A stretch of DNA of 40,042 nt from Candidatus Eiseniibacteriota bacterium. GTDB lineage: Bacteria > Eisenbacteria > RBG-16-71-46 > CAZEPH01. Positions 17,794-25,905 of this stretch are shown in pieces. A program made the position numbers and the translations under genes. Positions within the stretch are counted from its first letter, which is position 1; every line of letters starts with the position of its first letter. The notes under the pieces are model-generated. The model was not told where the DNA came from. It saw nothing but the letters and a program-made list of their open reading frames with translations, and made no database searches. The DNA is taken from positions 41,584 to 81,625 of the forward strand of contig JBGATO010000007.1 of assembly GCA_044229145.1 (NCBI GenBank). Reading direction: 5' to 3'.

Positions 17794-20377
17794 GACGGCG
17801 CAGGCGCGCCGCGAAGGCGCCGTCGGTGCCGTACTGCGACGGCCGCACCTTCAGCCGCCCGTCGACCACGACCTCGGCGGGGATGAACTGCTCCGCCGGC
17901 TCCAGCGTGTACTCGTCGTGCGTGGCGAGGAAGTCGTCGAGCACGGCGTCGGTTTCCTCGGGCTCGAAGCTGCACACCGAGTAGACCAGCACGCCGCCCG
18001 GCTTCACCATCGCGGCGGCCGCCTCGAGCAATTCGCGCTCGAGCTGCGCCGACTCCGCGACCATCTCCGGCCGCTTGCGCCAGCGCGCGTCTGCCCGCTT
18101 GCCAAGCACGCCGAGACCGCTGCACGGCGCGTCCACCAGCACGCGGTCCGCCGGCTCGGTGAGGGCGAAGCTGAGACCGTCGCCTTCCACCGCCAGCAGC
18201 GACTGGAAGCCGAGACGATCCGCCGATTCGCGAATCTTGCGCACCCGCGGCCAGCGCGGTTCAACCGAGTAGACGCGGCCCTCGTCGCGCATCGCCTCGG
18301 CGATGTGCGTCGACTTGCCGCCCGGGCCCGCGCACAGGTCGATGATCGTCTCGCCCGGCTCGGCGCCGAGCAGCGTGCCGACCAGCGTCTCCGCCTCGTC
18401 CTGCACCGTGAACAGACCATCGTTGAACGACTGCAGATCGCGCGGGCTGAGATCCTGGTCGGCGATCAACGTCAGCGGCGAGAGCTTGCCTTCGACCGTC
18501 TCGACGCCTTCGCCGCGCAGGATTTCCTGCATCTCCTCGCGCGTGGTGCGCAGCGCGTTGATGCGCAGCGTCACGCCGCGCGCCGCGTTGTCCGCCGCCA
18601 TGATCGCCTTGGTCTCCTCGAGACCCCAGGTGCCGATCCAGCGGTCGACGATCCACTCGGGGTGCGAGAAGCGCACGCTGAGCGCCTCGGTGTTGTCGCC
18701 CTCGGGGCCGGCGAGCAACTGCTCGCGGTCCTCTTCGCAGATGCGGCGCAGCACCGCGTTCACCAAGCCGGCGATCGCCGCGTGACCGTAGCGGCTCGCC
18801 AGACGCACGCTCTCGTGCGTGGCGGCGTGCGGCGGCACGCGGTCGAGATAGAGGATCTGGAACGCGCCCATGCGCAGCGTGTTCCGCGCCCACGGCGACA
18901 GCGACTCCATGCCCTGGTGCAGGAATCTATCGAGGATCCAGTCGATCCGACCACGCCAGCGCAGCGTCCCCTTGACGATCTGCACCACGAGGTCGCGGTC
19001 GCGCTTGCTCAGATTCGTCTCGCGGAAGCGCGCCTGGAGCAGCTTGTCGCTGAACGCATCGCGGGTCTCCACCGCGTGCAGGATCTGCAGGGCGATTTCG
19101 CGCGGGTTCGGCGGCATCTGGCGACGCTGGCGCGGACCGCGGTCGCCGCGGTCACCGCGATCGCCGCGATCCATGCGGTCGGAGCGGTCGCCACGGTCGT
19201 AGCCGCGCTCGGCCACCGCGCTGTCGCCACGTCCGCCGCCGCGACGCGGCGGCCCGTCATAGCCACGCGGGCCGCGCTGGGGCTGCGGCGCGCGCTCGTT
19301 GCGCCACCGGCCACCGCCCTGGCTCGGCTCACGCCCGACGCTGGGGCGGCCCCGCGGTGCGCGCGGCGGCGGCGGTCCCATCTCGTGGTCTTCGTCGCGG
19401 TCGAATTCGTCGTCGCGGGCACGGGGCGGGGGACGCGACGGCGCCTCGGCCTGCGGCGGTGGCCACATGCCCTTCTGCCGCATCTCGAGTTCGTGTGCTT
19501 CGCGTTCGATGTCCTCGTCGGACGGCAAGCCGAGCTCGCGGCGCATCGACGGCGGGATGTTGCGCTGGCCGCCGCCGAAACCACCCTGACGATAGCCGCC
19601 GGGGCCGCGCTGTCCGGGGTACGGCGCACCGCCGCCGCGCGGACCGCGGTCGTAACCACCCTGGCCACCGCCACCGCGCGGGCCGTATCCGCCGCGGTCG
19701 TAGCCGCCGCCCTGGCCGCCGCCGCGCGGGCCGCCACCGTAGCCGCCCTGACCGCCGCCGCGCGGCGAATAGCCACCGCCTTGGCCTCCGCCTTGGCGCG
19801 GCCCGTAGCCGCCTCCCTGACGCGGCCCACCGCCGCCGCGGTCGTATCCGCCGCCACCCTGGCCGCCACGCGGCGCGTAGCCGCGGTCGTTGCCGTAGCC
19901 GCCCTGGCGCGGGCCGCCCCCGCGGTCGTTGCTGAAAACGTCCGCCACGGTCGCCGCCGCGCTCGCCGCCACCACCACCGCCGGAACGCGGCCAGCCGGA
20001 GTCGTAGCGATCCGCGCCGCGCGGCGCTGGCCGCGGTCGCCGCCACCGGAACGCGGCGCGTAACCACGGTCACCACCGCCGGAGCGGCCGCCACCGTAGC
20101 CGCGGTCCTCGCCCTGCGGCGCGCGGCCGCGCGGTGCCGGGCCGCGGCGTTCGCCACCCCATTCCTCGTCACGGCGCGGGGCGCGCGGTGCCGGGCGATC
20201 GCCTTCGTCCCGCGCAGGTGCGGCGCGGCGAGGACGCGGGGCGGGTGCGTCTCCTCCGCCCTCCCCTTCGTCGCTCGAGCGCGGGGCGCGCGGCGTGCGC
20301 GGACGCGCCGGGCGCGCCTCGGTGGTGTAGCTGTCCGGGGTGGCGGTGTAGCCGCGCGTTGGGCGACGGCGAATCAT
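17786..20377 (-). CDS. rsmB: 16S rRNA m5C967 methyltransferase RsmB (NusB-like + methyltransferase) with ~420-aa RGG-rich N-terminal extension
   Basis: PREIALQIL...GLVNAVLR, FSHPEW, VQDEA, DLCAGPGGKS, LVDAPCSGLG, LVYSVCS, DGAFAARL. ATG 20377 overlaps the fmt stop (ATGA) and has GGGAG upstream. Confidence 0.92.
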   Translation of the reverse strand: MIRRRPTRGYTATPDSYTTEARPARPRTPRAPRSSDEGEGGGDAPAPRPRRAAPARDEGDRPAPRAPRRDEEWGGERRGPAPRGRAPQGEDRGYGGGRSGGGDRGYAPRSGGGDRGQRRAARIATTPAGRVPAVVVAASAAATVADVFSNDRGGGPRQGGYGNDRGYAPRGGQGGGGYDRGGGGPRQGGGYGPRQGGGQGGGYSPRGGGQGGYGGGPRGGGQGGGYDRGGYGPRGGGGQGGYDRGPRGGGAPYPGQRGPGGYRQGGFGGGQRNIPPSMRRELGLPSDEDIEREAHELEMRQKGMWPPPQAEAPSRPPPRARDDEFDRDEDHEMGPPPPRAPRGRPSVGREPSQGGGRWRNERAPQPQRGPRGYDGPPRRGGGRGDSAVAERGYDRGDRSDRMDRGDRGDRGDRGPRQRRQMPPNPREIALQILHAVETRDAFSDKLLQARFRETNLSKRDRDLVVQIVKGTLRWRGRIDWILDRFLHQGMESLSPWARNTLRMGAFQILYLDRVPPHAATHESVRLASRYGHAAIAGLVNAVLRRICEEDREQLLAGPEGDNTEALSVRFSHPEWIVDRWIGTWGLEETKAIMAADNAARGVTLRINALRTTREEMQEILRGEGVETVEGKLSPLTLIADQDLSPRDLQSFNDGLFTVQDEAETLVGTLLGAEPGETIIDLCAGPGGKSTHIAEAMRDEGRVYSVEPRWPRVRKIRESADRLGFQSLLAVEGDGLSFALTEPADRVLVDAPCSGLGVLGKRADARWRKRPEMVAESAQLERELLEAAAAMVKPGGVLVYSVCSFEPEETDAVLDDFLATHDEYTLEPAEQFIPAEVVVDGRLKVRPSQYGTDGAFAARLRRRG

Positions 20378-21378
20378 GCGTGTTCTCCCTTCCTCGCCGC
20401 ATGTGCGGCGTCGATCCGCGGGGCCATCCCCGCTGCTTCAGTGCTGCTCGTGCAGCGATCACCCGCGCTCAACCGCGCTCCTCGCGCGAATTCCCAGCCG
20501 CTGAGCGCGCGGCGACCCGCTGCTTGCAACTCGCCGATGGCGAGTCGTCCTTTGCCGGTCCGCACGACGATGCCGTCGGTCCGAGTCACATCTTCGATCA
20601 CGCCGGACTCTCCGCCCGGCAGAGCGTCCAGCGGACGGACGCGATGCACCAATACGTCCTTCCCGGCGACGCACGTCCGTGCGCCGGGTTCGGGCGTCAC
20701 GCCGCGGACGCGTGCCGCGAGGGTGAACGCATCGAGCGTCCAGTCGATCGCGCCGTCGTCCTTGGTCAGGACAGGGGCGAACGTTGCCTCCTCGTGGCAC
20801 TGCGCGACGCGCGGTGCGCTCCCGGCGCCAAGCGCCCGCAGGCTCTCCACCAGCAGTTCAGCCGAGGGCACGGACAGCCGTGCGAGCAGTTCGCCCGCGG
20901 TCTCCTCCGCCCCCACCGGTTCGGCGCGCTGCAGCAGGATGTCGCCGGCGTCGAGCGCCTCACTCATGTACTGCACGCTGATCCCGGTCCACGACAGCCC
21001 GGCGTACACTGCCCGCTGCGCCGGCGCCGGCCCGCGCAACGCGGGCAACAACGACGGGTGGACGTTGAGCGCCGCCACGCGCGGCACCGCCAGCAGCGGC
21101 GCCTTGAGGATCGCCCCGAAGGCGACCACCACCAGCACGTCGGGCTCGCACGCCGCGATCTCGGCGACGGACTCAGGCGCGTTCACGCGCGCCGGTTGCA
21201 GCACCCGCAGCTCGTGCGCGAGCGCCGCCGCCTTGACCGGCGACGGGGCCAGCACGCGCCCGCGGCCTTGCGGCGCATCCGGCCGCGTCACGACAGCCAC
21301 GACCTGGTGGCGCGCGTCGAGCAATGCACGCAACGCGGGCACCGCGAACTCCGGCGTGCCCATGAACACGACCCGCAT
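20374..21378 (-). CDS. fmt: Methionyl-tRNA formyltransferase
   Basis: MRVVFMGTPEFAVPAL, VVTRPD, NVHPSLLP.LRGPAP, LDAGDI. Confidence 0.96.
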   Translation of the reverse strand: MRVVFMGTPEFAVPALRALLDARHQVVAVVTRPDAPQGRGRVLAPSPVKAAALAHELRVLQPARVNAPESVAEIAACEPDVLVVVAFGAILKAPLLAVPRVAALNVHPSLLPALRGPAPAQRAVYAGLSWTGISVQYMSEALDAGDILLQRAEPVGAEETAGELLARLSVPSAELLVESLRALGAGSAPRVAQCHEEATFAPVLTKDDGAIDWTLDAFTLAARVRGVTPEPGARTCVAGKDVLVHRVRPLDALPGGESGVIEDVTRTDGIVVRTGKGRLAIGELQAAGRRALSGWEFARGARLSAGDRCTSSTEAAGMAPRIDAAHAARKGEHA

Positions 21379-21460
21379 GCGGCGGTCAGCGCTCCTTCTG
21401 TTGTTGGCGCGGCAGTCACGTCGCGGCACCGACTCGGGAGTGTGCGGTGCGCACGTCGTT

Positions 21461-21610
21461 GAGCGGTGGCCCTCGCGCGCGGCGATGCGTGCAGCCGAGG
21501 TGTCGCGAGGCCACGGGTCCCGGCTCCTCGCCGGGTCATCTCTTTCAGGAACTCTCGCCGTCTCGCTGAACGGCGCCTACAACGGATCTCGAATGCGAGC
21601 CCAACCGCTC
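21461..21610 (-). ncRNA. Candidate structured RNA element in the def-fmt intergenic region (family unassigned)
   Basis: Ends pair (GAGCGGT..CTCGC / GCGAG..ACCGCTC). A second stem GAUCCGUUGUAG/CUGCACGCAUC has a G-U pair on the minus strand. It encloses hairpins CGCCGU/ACGGCG and CCCGGC/GCCGGG. Confidence 0.35.
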
Positions 21611-21627
21611 GCTGGTCGCCCTGCGTC

Positions 21628-22155
21628 CTAGGCTGCGGCGAACTCCGCGGCCCGGCGCTGGATGTCCTCCAACGATCGCTTCAACAACCGGCGTCGCACC
21701 ATGCTGATGCGGTCCACGAACAAGACGCCGTCCAGGTGATCCATCTCGTGCTGCAATGCCCGCGCGAGCAAACCTGTCGCTTCCAGTTCGAGGGGTGCCC
21801 CGTGCAGATCGAACGCCTTCACGACCACGCGGGCCGGACGCTTCACGTCTTCACTGATGCCGGGGATACTGAGACAGCCTTCTTCCATGACCACGTTGCC
21901 GGTCATCTCGGAGAACGCCGGATTGACCAGCACCATCTCGGTGTCCGGCGCGCCGTCGTTGGGCACGCGCAGCACCATGAGACGCTTCGACACGCCGATC
22001 TGCGGCGCGGCCAAACCAATGCCGCGCTCTGCTTCCATCGTGTCGAACATGTCACGGATCAACTCGTCGAGGGGCTCGGCCAGCGGCAGCGTCACAGGGG
22101 TGGCGACGCGACGCAATACGGGATCCCCAAACAGACGAACCGGGCGAACTGCCAT
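21628..22155 (-). CDS. def: Peptide deformylase
   Basis: GIGLAAPQIG, EEGCLSIP, QHEMDHLDG motifs. Confidence 0.97.
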   Translation of the reverse strand: MAVRPVRLFGDPVLRRVATPVTLPLAEPLDELIRDMFDTMEAERGIGLAAPQIGVSKRLMVLRVPNDGAPDTEMVLVNPAFSEMTGNVVMEEGCLSIPGISEDVKRPARVVVKAFDLHGAPLELEATGLLARALQHEMDHLDGVLFVDRISMVRRRLLKRSLEDIQRRAAEFAAA

Positions 22156-22161
22156 GAAGGA

Positions 22162-22470
22162 CTACTCTCCTGCTGACTTCTCAACCGAGACGATGGCCGC
22201 ACGTCGAAACTCGGCCTTGGTCTCTTCGCTGATCTTCAACACCACGACGTCATCTTTGACCCCGACAACGGTGCCGTACATGCCGCCCGATGTCAACACG
22301 CGATCGCCGCGCTTGAGGGCCTCCAGCATCTTCTTCCGCTGCGACTCCTGCTTCTGCTGGGGACGAATGGTGACGAAGTACAGGATGACGAGCATCCCGC
22401 CCACCCACAGCAACATGAACGGCAGCTGAGCCATGGGGCCGGCGGTTTGCGCCAACAAATCAGTTATCAC
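22162..22470 (-). CDS. yajC: Preprotein translocase subunit YajC
   Basis: TM segment, then IRPQQK...LKRGDRVLTSGGMYGTV. Confidence 0.95.
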   Translation of the reverse strand: MITDLLAQTAGPMAQLPFMLLWVGGMLVILYFVTIRPQQKQESQRKKMLEALKRGDRVLTSGGMYGTVVGVKDDVVVLKISEETKAEFRRAAIVSVEKSAGE

Positions 22471-22518
22471 GCAGGACTCCTTGTAAGGACGGGAGTCTCG
22501 CGGAAGTGGTCACGGAGG

Positions 22519-22743
22519 TTATCGGCGCCACAGCCGTGTCACCACAGTCGCGAGAAGGGACAGCACGATGCTGAGGGCGAGACTCGTCCCCAGCGGAAAG
22601 TACGCGGTCCAGCGGCCGCGCCGGACGACCATGTCGCCCGGGAGGTGCCAGCCGGAGCCGAAATGGCCGGCCGCCCAGACGACGGCGCCGGCCAGCATGA
22701 GGGCTGCGCCCGCCGAGAGCAACAGCCGCGCGAGATCCATCAT
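22519..22743 (-). CDS. DUF2905 family small membrane protein
   Basis: Two TM segments around LPGD....[11 protein letters not shown]; typical position after ruvB. Confidence 0.85.
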   Translation of the reverse strand: MMDLARLLLSAGAALMLAGAVVWAAGHFGSGWHLPGDMVVRRGRWTAYFPLGTSLALSIVLSLLATVVTRLWRR

Positions 22744-23810
22744 GGGGCCGCAGGCTCGTCCGCAGCAGCGTCCCAGAGGTGCGGCTGCGGCACGCCGCCG
22801 CTCGGCAGGGTCCGCCCGAGATGCGCATATGCCTTCGGCGACGCGGCGCGCCCGCGCGGCGTGCGGACCAAGAACCCCTGCTGGATGAGATACGGCTCGT
22901 AGACATCCTCGAGCGTTTCCGTCTCTTCGCTCACGGCGATGGCGAGCGTCCCGAGCCCCACCGGCCCGCCGGCGAAGTTGTCGATGAGCGCAAGGAGCAG
23001 CCGGCGATCCATCTCGTCGAGTCCGGCACCATCGACGCCGAGCCGGTGCAGCGCGTCGTCGGCGAGCGCGCGCGTCACCCGGCCGTCGGACTCCACCTGG
23101 GCGAAGTCACGCACCCGCCGCAGCAAGCGATTGGCGACGCGCGGCGTGCCGCGACTGCGCGACGCGATTTCGTGCGCGCCGTCGTCGTCGATCGGCACCT
23201 CGAGCAGCGCCGCGGAGCGCTGCACGACGCGTCGCAATTCGTCAGCGGTGTAGTAGTCGAGCCGCGCCAAGAGGCCGAAGCGCTCGCGCAGCGGCTTGGT
23301 GATCATGCCGGCGCGCGTCGTCGCCCCGACCAGGGTGAAGCGCTGCAGCGACAGCTTGAGTGTGCGCGCCCCCGGCCCTTTGTCGAGCTGGATCTCGATC
23401 GCGTAGTCCTCCATCGCCGGATAGAGGTACTCCTCGACGATGCGCGGCACGCGGTGGATTTCGTCGACGAACAGCATGCCGTGCGCGGGCATCGCGGTGA
23501 GGAAGCCGGCGAGATCCGCCGGGCGCTCGAGTACGGGACCGCTCGTGGCGCTCAGCGCGCTGCCCATCTCCTGCGCGAGGATGTGCGCCAGCGTCGTCTT
23601 GCCGAGGCCGGGCGGGCCGTAGAGCAGGATGTGGTCGAGCGCCTCGCCGCGGCCGCGTGCGGCGTCGAGGAACACGCGGAGGTTCGCCTTGAGCGCGGTC
23701 TGACCGACGAACTCATCGAGCGAGCGCGGACGCAGCGCGGCGTCGAAGACGGTTTCTTCGACGAGCGGCGCCGGGTCGGTCCAGCGGGTGTCGGGCTCGA
23801 AATCGGTCAT
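22740..23810 (-). CDS. ruvB: Holliday junction branch-migration helicase RuvB
   Basis: [46 protein letters not shown]. Confidence 0.98.
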   Translation of the reverse strand: MTDFEPDTRWTDPAPLVEETVFDAALRPRSLDEFVGQTALKANLRVFLDAARGRGEALDHILLYGPPGLGKTTLAHILAQEMGSALSATSGPVLERPADLAGFLTAMPAHGMLFVDEIHRVPRIVEEYLYPAMEDYAIEIQLDKGPGARTLKLSLQRFTLVGATTRAGMITKPLRERFGLLARLDYYTADELRRVVQRSAALLEVPIDDDGAHEIASRSRGTPRVANRLLRRVRDFAQVESDGRVTRALADDALHRLGVDGAGLDEMDRRLLLALIDNFAGGPVGLGTLAIAVSEETETLEDVYEPYLIQQGFLVRTPRGRAASPKAYAHLGRTLPSGGVPQPHLWDAAADEPAAP

Positions 23811-23873
23811 GGGGTCTCGTGTGGGATCACGGCGGAAAGATTAGCAGGACGGTCGGACAGTTCGCGCGTCCGC

Positions 23874-24482
23874 TCAGCGGCCGGGCAACGCGGCGAGGCT
23901 GGCGCGCAGGATGTCCTCGACGCTCGCGTCGAGCGGCAGGTCGCGCAAGGCGGCCGCGACGAGGTCGGCCGCATCGACCCGTGACACGCCGAGAGCGAGC
24001 AGCGCGGTCACGGCGTCCTCGCGCAACGGGGTTTCTGGGGCGCCGCCGCGCGCCGCCGGCGTGGCAGGCCCGGGATCGATCGCCGCGACGCGGTCGCGCA
24101 ATTCCACGACGATGCGTTCGGCGAGCCGCTTGCCGACGCCGCTCGCCGCGGTCAGCGCCTTCGCGTTGCCCTGCGCGAGCGCCGCCAGAGCGACAGGCAC
24201 CGGAAGCGCGGAGAGAATCGCCAGCGCGACCTTCGGCCCGACGCCGCTCACCGTGAGGAGCCGTTCGAACAGCGCGCGCTCGCCTTCGGTGGCGAAGCCG
24301 AAGAGCTGCATCGCGTCCTCGCGCACGTAGAGCCAAGTGCGCAGCGTGACGACGCCCGGCGGTGCGGGCAACGTCGCCAGCGTCGAGTCCGGTGCCAGCA
24401 CCGCGAAGCCGACGCCGCCGACATCGACGACGACCACACCGGGCCGCCGCTCCACCACCGCGCCGCGCACGAACGCGATCAC
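23874..24482 (-). CDS. ruvA: Holliday junction DNA-binding protein RuvA
   Basis: GTG overlapping the ruvC stop; MIAFVRG, VREDAMQLFGF, VSGVGPKVALAIL, GVGKRLAERIVVEL. Confidence 0.96.
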   Translation of the reverse strand: MIAFVRGAVVERRPGVVVVDVGGVGFAVLAPDSTLATLPAPPGVVTLRTWLYVREDAMQLFGFATEGERALFERLLTVSGVGPKVALAILSALPVPVALAALAQGNAKALTAASGVGKRLAERIVVELRDRVAAIDPGPATPAARGGAPETPLREDAVTALLALGVSRVDAADLVAAALRDLPLDASVEDILRASLAALPGR

Positions 24483-25060
24483 GTGCGGCCTCCCGTCGCC
24501 GCGGCCACCCGGGCTTCGAGCGCCAGCACCGGCAAACGCCGCGCGTGACAGACCGCGATCGCCAGCGCATCCGCTGCATCCGCCGGCGGCAGTTCCGGCA
24601 GCGCGAGCAGCCGCTGCACCATCGCCTGCACCTGTGGCTTCTTCGCCGCGCCGTTGCCGCACACCGCGCGCTTGACCTCGGCCGGCGCGTACTCCGCCAG
24701 CGTGCAACCCGCTTGCGCGATCGCCAGCAACACGACACCGCGCACGTGTCCGAGCACCAGCGCCGCGTGCGCGTTGCGTGCGTAGAACGCGGATTCGACG
24801 ACCACGACGTCGGGCCGGTGGCGCGCCAAGGCAGCGCTGAGCCCGGCGTGGATGGTGGCAAGCCGCTCGGGCAACGGCCGCCGCCGCGCCGGGCCGACGA
24901 TGTCGGCGAAATGCACGGCGCGCAGCACGCGCCCGTCCGGCGACGTCTCGACGACGCCGACGCCGGTGGTCTCGGTCCCGGGGTCGACGCCCAAAATGCG
25001 CAGAGGGGCGTCGAGGCGCCCCTCCGCGTGTGTCACTCTCTGGCGCACCGTCTCGCGCAT
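24479..25060 (-). CDS. ruvC: Crossover junction endodeoxyribonuclease RuvC
   Basis: ILGVDPG, VVVESAF, EYAPAEVKRAV.GNGAAKK.QV, DAADALAIA. ATG overlaps the yebC stop (TGATG); exact start uncertain. Confidence 0.95.
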   Translation of the reverse strand: MRETVRQRVTHAEGRLDAPLRILGVDPGTETTGVGVVETSPDGRVLRAVHFADIVGPARRRPLPERLATIHAGLSAALARHRPDVVVVESAFYARNAHAALVLGHVRGVVLLAIAQAGCTLAEYAPAEVKRAVCGNGAAKKPQVQAMVQRLLALPELPPADAADALAIAVCHARRLPVLALEARVAAATGGRT

Positions 25061-25818
25061 CAGTCCTGCGAGAGCTGCTCCATCACTTCGTCCGAGATGT
25101 CGAAGTTCGCGGCGACCTTCTGCACGTCGTCGTGGTCTTCGAGCGCGTCCATCAACTTCATGCACACCTCGGCGTCCTTGCCCTCGAGCGCCACGGTGTT
25201 TTGCGGCACCTTGCGGACTTCCGCCGACGCCATCTCGATGCCGGCCTTTTCGATCGCCGCGCGGACGTCTTCGAACGACGCCGGCTCGGTGTAGACCTCG
25301 AAGTCGGCGTCCTCCTCGGACTTCACGTCCTCGGCCCCGGCTTCGAGCGCCAGCGCGAGCAGCGTGTCCTCGTCGGTCTTGTCGCGTTCGATGGTGATCA
25401 CGCCACGCGTCGAGAACTGCCACGCCACCGAGCCGGATTCGGCCATGCGGCCGCCGTTCTTGGTGAAGACGTGACGGATCTCCGGCAGCGTGCGGTTCTT
25501 GTTGTCGGTCACCACGTCGACGATGATCGCCACGCCCGCCGGGCCGTAGCCCTCGTACACGAGTTCCTCGAACGTCGTGCCGTCGTCGAGTTCGCCGGTG
25601 CCCTTCTTGATGGCGCGCTCGATGTTGTTCGCCGGCATCGACGCGCCCTTGGCGGCGGCGATGGCCGTGCGCAGGCGGGGGTTGCCATCCGGATTGCCCC
25701 CGCCGTTGCGCGCGGCGATCGTGATTTCCTTCACCAAACGGCCGAACAACCGGCCTCGCACCGCGTCAAGCGCGCCCTTCTTCCGCTTGATGGTGCTCCA
25801 TTTATTATGCCCTGACAT
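25060..25818 (-). CDS. yebC: YebC/PmpR family protein
   Basis: MSGHNKWSTIKRKKG, NPRLR, YEGYGPAG, TDNKNRT, LEDHDDVQ. Confidence 0.96.
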   Translation of the reverse strand: MSGHNKWSTIKRKKGALDAVRGRLFGRLVKEITIAARNGGGNPDGNPRLRTAIAAAKGASMPANNIERAIKKGTGELDDGTTFEELVYEGYGPAGVAIIVDVVTDNKNRTLPEIRHVFTKNGGRMAESGSVAWQFSTRGVITIERDKTDEDTLLALALEAGAEDVKSEEDADFEVYTEPASFEDVRAAIEKAGIEMASAEVRKVPQNTVALEGKDAEVCMKLMDALEDHDDVQKVAANFDISDEVMEQLSQD

Positions 25819-25905
25819 CGGTCCTCTTGCTGGCCGCGGAGTGCGGCACTGTCCTTCCCCGCGGGTGCGAGGTGTTCACGATGTGGGCCGGGCGCACGCT
25901 GCGCG

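Noticed and set aside
19560..20120. GCC/CCG-rich repeats as a CRISPR array or non-coding tandem repeat
   Set aside because: Degenerate Gly/Arg codon repeats of the RsmB extension, with no constant repeat-unique spacer pattern.
21395..21560. ZTP (pfl) riboswitch-like CGUGACUG before fmt; glycine-riboswitch-like CUUUCAGG; hammerhead-like CUGA..GA
   Set aside because: Only isolated fragments match. The remaining conserved elements are missing, and the glycine-like piece is antisense to the operon.
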